A stretch of 64,000 bases of DNA from contig JAYWIR010000008.1 in assembly GCA_036172245.1 (NCBI GenBank), forward strand, positions 62,001 through 126,000, written 5' to 3'. The notes below the pieces were generated by a model, which saw only the letters and a program-made list of their open reading frames with translations, did not search any database and was not told where the DNA came from. The DNA is from Raillietiella orientalis (Eukaryota). Position numbers and translations under genes: made by a program. Position 1 is the first letter of the stretch, and the number at the start of each line of letters is the position of its first letter. This document shows, in pieces, positions 52,918-64,000 of the stretch.

Positions 52918-54842
52918 TTAGAGTAATGTATCTCCACATCTTTCAGTAAAAAAAGTATATAGTCGCTTGCTTATTTCTTTACCAATTCTCCTGAGAGTAT
53001 GTACAGTACCACACAGTTTTCTTATCTGTAAAAGAATGTTTCTATGCTTTTAAATATTAACTAAGCTTACATGTAAGTCCTGCAGGAGCACTTCACCCTC
53101 TTCTTTGGTGCACTGAGCATATGCCTTAAGGAACAGGAACTTTCTCTATTATGAGTTCTCAAAAATACCTTTAATAAATCTTGGGGTTTAGGGTATTGAT
53201 GACTTATTGCCTTAGCTATATCGATCCCAACTCCATTGAACTGCCGAAGTTGTTGCAACCATAACTCTGACAAACCTAGGCCATCCTTGTTAACTCTGAC
53301 AGCACCACTACTTCCATCTGCATACCATGTGTAGAACTGTTGATCACGCTGCAACCTTTATAAATTTTAGTGCATTTACACAGAGATAAACAATTTACTT
53401 GTATGGTTTTTCAGCAACAGCTTTCGTATAATGTTTTACAGTGCTAATAAAATCGTCAAGATTTTTCACAAATACATAGTTTGTGTCAGTTTCCAGTTGC
53501 AATTCCATTAGAATTTTGTCAAGTTCTCTTTGGAATTTTCCAGGTCTAGATGGAATAATTTTTAATTGTAAACATGCATATAATTCTCTTAAATCTACTT
53601 TGAAGAATCACGAGTGGGGGGAATAGAAGACCTACATTCATATGAGTTTGCACTCATTATAACATACCTTACTTGAAACCATATTTCCACTATTCTACAA
53701 CCCACCTTAGTGGATAATAATTTGAGACTGCTTGAATGAATTAAAAAAACAAAGTATGCTGGTGCAAAATTACCTATTGCATATAATAAGGTTTTACATT
53801 GGGATAGCAAAAATGAACACTGCAGTCATTAAATCAAAGCAAGCATTAAATGTAACTATTTTCCTTAATTCTGTTACTTTTCATGATTTCCATTAACAGC
53901 AATAGCTGCAGGAAAGTGCATGAAGCCATATGAATTAAGTTATTGGAATTACATCGATTGCATACACATTTTTCTTGACTGCAAAAACGAAAACCCGATT
54001 TGTCTATTTTGAAGTCATTACTTTTGAACTGTTTTGAAGGTAACCAATAGTTAAAAAAACTGATTACATTGAACAAGTTTTCAAATCTTCTAGTATCAAT
54101 GTTACACGAATATAACCTTTCTGTTTTGCTTCAGTAATACGCAGCATGAATTGGTTGCATTGCTGTTTAATGCTTTCCAAATAATTCAATATCTGTGCAG
54201 TTGACATGAAGATTAATACATGATCTACAGTGCTTCCTGAAATGGCCTCTTCCTAAAACACAATAAATTTACAAGAAAATAATAAAAATGCGATGCAAGT
54301 GAAATCAGAAAACGAACAAATAAGGAATGGAAAATTGTGATCATTGTGCAAGATGCAACTGAAAAAGATTCTCAACAAGATTTTAGCACCTGAAAACCCA
54401 TTTTTATTACAAGAATCAATTGTTTTTCATAAATTTATAAAAAAGCATCTTACTTCACTTGATTCCAAAATGTTTATTCTTCTCCAAGAGATGCTGTTTT
54501 CTATCGGGGTTGGCGTTTCATCCACTGTGCAATTAACAGAAAGAATTATGCCTTCTTTAAGATGATCCCAAGTAACGTGATTTTGCAATCTGTCATCGAC
54601 GATTATTTTTATATTCTGGGAAAATGTTTCGTCAAAAGAGTACGAATTTACTGATACATACTATGAGCGGGTCGTCGGAGGCGCCATTCTTCCTCCCCAT
54701 CCTTTCCTACAGTCTGGGATTCCAATTTAAAATTCGCGCTTTTATAAGGATGCGAAATCGTTTCCATCGCATGTTTAGTTTTTCTTCGAAAATTAACAGA
54801 GAAATTATAAAGTTTCGTAACTACCAGGCATAATTCCTCCAT
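52918..54842 (-). CDS. EME1: Crossover junction endonuclease subunit EME1-like; 5' end uncertain. Confident exons: 53545-53399, 53355-53169, 53124-53071, 53025-52918. Probable further exons near 53600-53700, 54070-54252, 54453-54616, 54660-54842
   Basis: LMELQLETD..YTKAVAEKPYK, VRVNKDGLGLSELWLQQLRQFNGV..AISHQYPKPQDLLKAY and RRIGKEISKRLY match the EME1 ERCC4/HhH region. Confidence 0.85.
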
Positions 54843-57652
54843 GTCAATGATGACTTAAAGAGATGAAAATACTGACAAAGCATTTCATAAACTTCATAAT
54901 TTGTGCATATCTCATAAATTGTGCATTCTGCTCAATGCCCATTATGTAAAATGTTTCTATTTTAAGCGAAAATTTTCAACTGTATCTCATTTCTTCACTA
55001 AATATGAAACCTTCAAAAACAAAATTACAAACTTAACAAAACAATGCAACTCATAGTTTTTGAATGTGCTATCCTATATGTGATCAAAAGTTTACATTTA
55101 ACATCCCATGAAATTTGCAGTCCTTGTGATTGAAATCACGTTTTCATACAAGATTCTCTTTAAATACTGGAAATACGAATATGTGTTCGAAAATCTCCAG
55201 ATCAAGTAAGTTCACTTGTATTTTTATTTTAATCTACATACTAGTACATTTCAACAAAGCATGGCATTTTCGGTTTTCAGGATCTGATATTCAAGTTTTC
55301 TAAACACATTTGGGACTATGAAAGCTGTAGAATATTCACAGCTTCCACAAGTTCGATGGAAGATCACTTAGGTAGTCTAGGGTAATAAGCATTTAAGACA
55401 TAAGAAAATTATAAATGCGAATATTTCTGAATTCAAGAAAGGAGCGGGGTTTTGAGACCTGGCAACAAAGCTATTCAGCGGCAAATATAATAAAAATATG
55501 TATTTCATCAGTACCCGTTAGGATTATATTCTGATAAAGGTTTCCCAGATTAATAGGAAACATGGCTTGCGATCTCGAGTTTTCGAGGAATTCTCAGATG
55601 ACATTTTGGAAAGTTCAACAAACTGTCCTTCTCAAAAAGTGAAAACGAGTTCTCCTGGAATCTGCTAGAAATTATTCAGAAGTTTGCAGATTCTGCTTTT
55701 CTTTTCTTTTCTTCTTTTTAGTGAAAAGTGCGTAGATCAATACTTGGACCTTGCCGAAATCATGTGAAAGAGATATCGGACACTGCCTTGGCTCATGTTT
55801 CTGGTGATTTTATCACGCTATTACTGATCTTTGAGTTTTAGCCCAGGCAAAGAAAAATATCGATGATTCAATCTTCCCCTCTCTAAGCAGACGCTGCTGC
55901 TTAGGAGACGCGGTTTGGATAAACATTTATTTTTCTAGTCTATGTAGTGAAGTAGCCAGTACATACGTGGTGAAATGATAGCACTGAAAGAACCCTTTAA
56001 AATGATGCGCTGTGATACTCATGGTGGGATCCCTTTGCCAGGTGGTATACAAACATGGCAAGGAAGAAGTTTAAAGGGATACTCGGTATACTGATTCATC
56101 AGCATCCATTTTGATCAGGAAGCAGTTTGGCTTTCGAGCACTGCCTGCAAGCACTGCTTCTATCCACAGATAGAAGATTGAAAAATCCTTGCAACAGAAA
56201 TACGTCAACAATCACATAAATTATGAAAGTTCTCGCGCAAAGAAAAACCGATGGAAGTTTTCTTCTTTTCATATGATTATTGCAGTCCAAGATTGCTATC
56301 CTGTAATCGAGTTTCTCCATGTTAATGGCTTTTGCTTCCACGCATTGAAATCCCATCTGCCTGATTTATCATGGTTTTCCTGAACAATGAGTAAAAAACG
56401 ATAAACCATATGCTGAGAATTCATAAGTTGCTTTGCAAACAGTTTCGATTTTCAGCACTCAATTGTATGACTCTGATTTTGTGCACACTAGCATCAACAA
56501 TTTGAGAAAAAAATGGTGAAGACCATATCACTACAAGATAACTTCAATAATGTTTACAATATTAGCTTTCAAATGGAGTGCAATAAGTATGCCGAAAATT
56601 GTACAAATAAATAAAGTAGATAGTATGAATTACATGGAAAAGTGTTGGTGGAGCTTGAATTTTTGGACACTTATGGGAAAACATTAAATGCAATCTTCTT
56701 AATTGTGGACTTGTTTCATTAATTGGTATGATTTCTGTGAATGGTGGATCTATATTCAAATTAATTTTGCTTACTTGAATGTTTTAGAAGGTAATGGTTG
56801 TATAAAAGACACGAAATTACATGAAATTTATCCTATTCTTATCCTCTATTGCTTGGCTGATTTAATCATGCATCTATACACTGCTGTAAGAATGACCTGC
56901 TGTATTTATTTCCAGTTGAAAAAAGAGTATTGCGCTTCATGCACATAAGCTCCTTACTATGAGCATTTTAATCCATGTAATTTTCTCACATAGATTAAGA
57001 AACGTAACCTGTTGATTCACAAAATGAAATTATCTTCAGACTTTAAGGAGTTCCAAGGCAACATGGTTAGATTAAATAACTGATATCAACAAGTTATGTA
57101 CTTTCATTCTAAACAGTGGCTTGTTTCAGGAAACATTTCAGTTTTCTCCAACAGTTCTTGTGCTCCACATGTGCTATAAATGAGAAGAAATTGTTACCAG
57201 CATCAACAGTGACTAAAATTAAAATGCGTATTTGAGTCATTCTGGGTTCTAATCTTAAAGCTTTCAAAAAACTGCATATTGCTAAAATTAAACTGCATAC
57301 TGCTATTAACAATCTACACTGCTTGAAACCATCATTCACTTCTTGTCCATTGTTGACTTTCTTGTGAAACATTTTAAAAGTTGAAACCACAAAGAAAAGA
57401 ACCACTAATGGAAGTGAAACTGGATTAGTGAAACCAACCACTTGGATGCAAGTGAAACTCTATTAAAAACTTCCACTCTTTGTAATACATACAAAACATT
57501 TATTAGCTGCATAATTATAATTACACAGTAATCTCAATATGAATGTGCACTTCATTTGAGTTGAAGATATTGTTTTGCCTTGAATAATTACATATAGGTA
57601 ATCACATTTTGAATTAAAATAACCATGTATTAGTTCACAATTTGAAAATATT

Positions 57653-59070
<1,418 letters not shown>

Positions 59071-61710
59071 TTTCTAATTTTAAAACGTCAGTTTGAATAA
59101 TAAATGTATTACTTTATTGAAAAAACTGAACAAAAACACAAATATCTGAAAAAATCTGTCAATGCGTTGAATCATTTACAAAAAAAGGCACAATTTGTTT
59201 CTTCATATGACTTGTTTATAATGATGCCAATCAAATATTAATAATTCAGTCACAACACTTATACGCAATAAATTCCTACTCAACTGTCATAAGTTTGCTT
59301 CTTTCACGATAAACTTGACTATCACGCGATAATGCAAACGCAATTACAATCTACTGACAAGCAACATCCATTGCTAACTAATCATGTGTACCACTTATTT
59401 CTTTTGTACTTGCTCTGTAAACTCATCGTCAAGACAACCTGAGAGCAAAATTTTCGGATGGTTGTACCAAGGGGAAACAAAAAAAAAAAAAAAAGGAAAA
59501 GAAATTCTTCACGTGCTCAACATCATCATCAAATGATTCATAACCGGCACATTTCAAAACAACAACTTAATTCGGCTAAAAAAAAAAAAAGAAGAAGAAA
59601 ATTGGGCGAGAGGAGCAAAAAAACCACATTCACACATCTTCGTGAACTGCATGGATGCAAGTGTTCCTCCCAACGTCTCATAACACTTCCGTGGCGCTGA
59701 TGGATCCACACGAAATTGCATTAATAAAAACATTTTCATTCCATACACGGGGAAATACAGGAATTTCTATTTTCATGCAGCTCCCTCTTTAAGAACGAAA
59801 CGTTTTGTCATATTTCTTTCCCCAACTTGACTGTGAACTGCTGAGAGAGTTAAAAAGCAACAGGAAACCATTTTTTTTTCTTTTTTTTTTTGGCAACATT
59901 TGCACGGAGTACATCCGTACCATGGCAGCACCAAACAAACATCATGGACGCACGCTTACTGATGACGAGTGTGCACGGCAACCACGAATTTCAACTCGGA
60001 AATCCCATTTTGAAGTCCGAGCCGTACATTAATCGTACACCATTTGCTGAGGTGTGCAACTCGTTCACTCCCTCACGTGCGTTCCAGCTCGGACACTTTC
60101 TCGTGCATTTCATCGTGACAGTAAAACTCTAAACATGTACAACGACGTACTTGCCATAAAAATTTTACGATTGTGGACGGACATTCCTATCCCAAGTTTT
60201 TTTTTTTTCCTCTTTTGTAGGAGTGGGAAAAGAAAGGAAATTATCTGTTGTCATCGCTTATTCTAAGCTTATTTCCATTTGCATTTTACATCAGATGAAA
60301 CGCCCTGTAATACACAATGGAGTACAGTAATCGGACAGATCCCAAGAACCCCCTGGAAGAAGTTCCAAGCACGGGGTGCTGTTGGGCCACATGCCATTGA
60401 TAAGGAATCTTTAGAGACAAATCAATTTGCGTGTATTGGTTTCCTCGAAACTATCTTGACACATTTTGGGTTTCCCTCGGGAGAGTAATCTTAAAACGCA
60501 CGCAGAAGAGACTGTCAAAAGAAAGCTCTCCAAAAGAATAGAACTTCCTGCAGGAATATTATAAATGCGTCCTTATGATGCTTGTGAAACATTTGAACCG
60601 TATGTAGTAAGCGGTTCATTTTCAAAGACTACGAAACGTTCGGTTAATGCAGCCTACTACGTGGTACTCTACACTGTGGAGAATATCTGTACGTGTCACG
60701 GGTAGCAACTTCAGTCAAATTTTAAATGTGATGCCGGATACGATTTTTGAAGAAGCTCGTGTCATGTTTCGTTGCCATTGAACACTGCAATTCCAATTGT
60801 GGTTTTTGATGTTTTGAAGAACTTGCAGTTAACTTTAGCTATGCCTTCTAAGATAATCACATTTTCATTCACAAGTTTAAAACGCTAGTAATAGGTCTTA
60901 ATAATCTATTAATTAGTCTTAGTTTGGATTTATTTTCTATCATCAGCCCATCTTTTTGCAATGTATGCTAATTTTCTGCTTTCGAAAAGCGTTCTGTAGA
61001 AAAGAAGCGACTCGAGTAATATATCTGATCCTCGATGACAATATCTTAAATGTTTCCCAATTTTTGCTGGAAAAAAAAAAAAAAAAGCACTTCTAAATAA
61101 ACAATCAATTAGCGCAGGCCTGATAATTGAAAATTTGCTAAATCGCCTTGAGTATGCAACTTTTATTTGTATGCTAGTTTGGAATCAGATATTTGCACCT
61201 AATTCACCCACATTTCTACCTTGTTCAATTCGTGGAATTCGCAAGTTTACTACCGATTCTTTGTTATGTGTGTTTATTATAAAATAAGTTACCTTATTAA
61301 GTATTCTTTTGACTTGATCTCAATACAGAGACCATTCAGTTTCATAAGGGTGAAATGCTTGAGCTTAGTGTTTCGAAATGGAAGAAAGTATAAATTCAAC
61401 TCAACAACAAAGAGCATTCATTTATTTCCTAGTAATGAAAATTAATAATGCCAGTACAAAAGAAATGCAGTTAGAAAATAAAGAAAACAGCAAATGAAAA
61501 ATGAAAAAAACAGAGACGTTCTTAATTTCTTCACGCAAAAACCTGAGGTGTTAATTATAAATCATGGTAACACTGTCATCTAAACTGCGAAACGACAGGC
61601 ATGGTACTTACCATATCGCACCTGCAGTGTTCGGCATTTACTGAAAGTTATTTACTAATATTACAAAAGAGTTATTCGGTGGGCAGATTTCCTAATCTAC
61701 AACATGATAA

Positions 61711-61830
61711 AATCCCCTTTTCTTAGAAAGACAAGCAAACAAACTGCTTGTCTTTCTAAGAAAGGGGATTACTACCTACTTGTCTACTCAAGTAGGTAGT
61801 GAGGATTACTACCTCACTACCTACTTGTCT
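61711..61830. repeat. Cluster of three adjacent or overlapping inverted repeats
   Basis: Arms 61711-61737/61745-61770, 61771-61782/61789-61800 and 61789-61804/61812-61827. Confidence 0.95.
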
Positions 61831-61834
61831 TGCT

Positions 61835-61925
61835 CAGGGCACTTCCTGCCGGGAACCGGGAATGCGAATTCAAAATTCCCCGGCTTCACGAACCACGGGA
61901 GTATCAAATAGTTAAAACAACCCTA
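61835..61925. mobile_element. Possible short MITE remnant (CAGGG...CCCTA)
   Basis: Starts cagggc and ends aacccta, with internal ccggg/ccgg motifs like those of the 31.3 kb element. Confidence 0.3.
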
Positions 61926-64000
61926 TGGTCGTAGCTTTCTAGCCAACAAAATTAGCTGTTCCTTTCGAATTTGTTCTTACGTTTTTTTAGAAAAATCACA
62001 CAATGCAATACATCGAGCTTGCATTAATAGCTCACTTTTTGATGCAGCAAAATGCCGACAATAACGTAAGATACTTCAAGCCTCAAGTTGCCACTTATAG
62101 TCATAAACGAAGTCTCATTTGAAAAAATCCAATTGAACAGAAACATAAGAACATGTGAAAATGAAAACACGAAAAGTGCAAGTGTGACTATGATTAGTTT
62201 TGAGGATTTTGATGTGACAAATTTTAGGATGAATTAACACTTCCTTCTGGCCGTACATCACGTCATGCCAAATTCAAAAGGTGTTATGGACATGAAAATA
62301 TAGCAGCAACGCGCAGACCAGTTACAATAATAAATTGTATTTATAACTTATCGATCATATCAATTTTTCGGTCAAGATGAAAAAAAATTTCAGCAATGTG
62401 TTTTCTGGGATAGAAATTAGCTGATTCTCTCTAAACTGACGTGCACAATTATAGAATCTTCAAAAAGGCTGCGAAAATGTTTCAAATTAGATTTTCTCAT
62501 TTAGCATTTTGGCAATTGAACACAGGAAATTTAGTTTTCACATATTCGGAAATCGAACAGCATTTTCAAGAACTGAAGGAACAGGAACTGTTTGAATATT
62601 AGGAAAGCGAGACAAAAAGGGTGTAACACTAATATCACTTGCAAAATAGTTATGCATACAACTGTAAAATGGTGGTAGCATTCCAAGTGAAATCTGTCAC
62701 CAACCAAGGGATATCTAAGAATGTTATATAATCATAAAAACCACACCAATCATAAATGTACTTGCACTCAAAGTATGCACTATCATACAGTATCAAAATG
62801 CTATTTTCGAATTGTTTATGTTTGAAAGAACTACTACTGCATGTGCAAGTATCAACTGAGATTACAGAAAGTAACTGAAATTTAGTAAACAAACAAAAGA
62901 AGTATGCTTGTTGGAATTCGACATTTTGTAATATATTTAAGTTTCTGAGATTAGTATTGCTAAGAATTTTGGATAATTTGATGCCATTTCCTATTTAATG
63001 GAAGTCTACAACCATTTGTACATAAGACACTGTGTATACTCCTGTAGTTACTGGTTCACATGAACAAGTTTTAACAGGGAAAAATTTTCAGTTCCTTAGA
63101 AATCTATAAAATCTAAACAAATGATACCACATAATCTTTAACCAATAAATGATGCAGTTCCATTTAATTTATAATAAGTCTGTGGATTCAGTGTCAAAAC
63201 ATATGCTAAGAGAATAGGCAATATAATTATATGTTGAGCATTTGCAAAAGCATTAAAAGAAAAACCAAAGGATTTTTTCTAAGCAAGAACATTGAAGACT
63301 ATTTTAAAAACTGATGCATCCTTATCATAACCAACATAAATTGCCAAGCATTGTAAAATCAAAATTGTCAATGAGATCCTTTTTAAAAGCTTTACATTCA
63401 TTATTGCAACATGTTCAATTAAATGATCTTAAGATTTTCTTTCATCACGAATTGTGTTAGTGTATTGACATCCAAATAAACAAAGTGACCACTGAACTTC
63501 TTTTCATGCAGGCAAAGAGGCAACCAGTATTTATCATCAGGCCACATTTGTTTGTAGGGGATTTCTTTTGGCACAAACCACTCTGGCTTCATTTCTATAG
63601 AGAGAGAGAGAGAGAAAAAAAAAATACATTCATTTTCATGGCCATTTTGGTATCTTCAGATGCAATTATGGATAAATATAAAATTCAGGAAATACAAAGA
63701 AACAAAGAATTTATCAAGCATTTGATCATGGGCTTGAAAGCACTTTTGTAACTTGTTTTTGCTCTGGACAAACTTCATGGGTATGGTAGCTCTTATGATA
63801 CAGAACGAATTCAGCATTGCTGGCTAAATCAAAAATAACATCCGAACATATGCATACAAAAGTTTGCAAATTAAGTGCTTATCACAAGAAAGGAAAGGAT
63901 CTGTTTGGAGGGAAGTGTTTTTTATAATAGCATGCTGGAAATTGTTTTCCATTTGAATAAAAACTACCAAAAACTTGGAAGAACATTTGAAGTTGTTATA

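Noticed and set aside
57109..57441. ORF with NGQEVNDGF, resembling an alternative ARF last exon
   Set aside because: The canonical last exon is at 57653-57739. This segment lacks the conserved W and C-A residues and lies in the probable 3' UTR.
61711..61830. CRISPR array or bacterial terminators
   Set aside because: No repeat-spacer periodicity, no cas genes, and the context is eukaryotic.

Overview
Eukaryotic (intron-containing, probably invertebrate animal) genomic DNA; the host cannot be named from sequence alone. Two AT-rich, CpG-poor gene blocks flank a GC- and CpG-rich stretch. Left block: the 3' part of NUP155 (to 6906, +). Right block: FIS1, EME1 and a class II ARF (all -). The middle (~7-45 kb) is a graveyard of heavily decayed transposons: piggyBac, hAT, Tc1/mariner, Ty3/gypsy, Penelope-like, about five L1/Tx1-type LINE pieces, DIRS, copia and CR1. 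It also holds one intact 7-exon monoacylglycerol-lipase-like gene (+). The most unusual signal is a set of perfect local inverted repeats with 12-30 bp arms, sitting in otherwise degenerate DNA. They include a chain of interlocking hairpins at 61.7 kb and suggest recurrent template-switch/snap-back repair. Gene models were spliced and translated by eye. Transposon calls rest on remembered motif similarity, not database searches, and many are low confidence. No CRISPR, rRNA or tRNA was seen.
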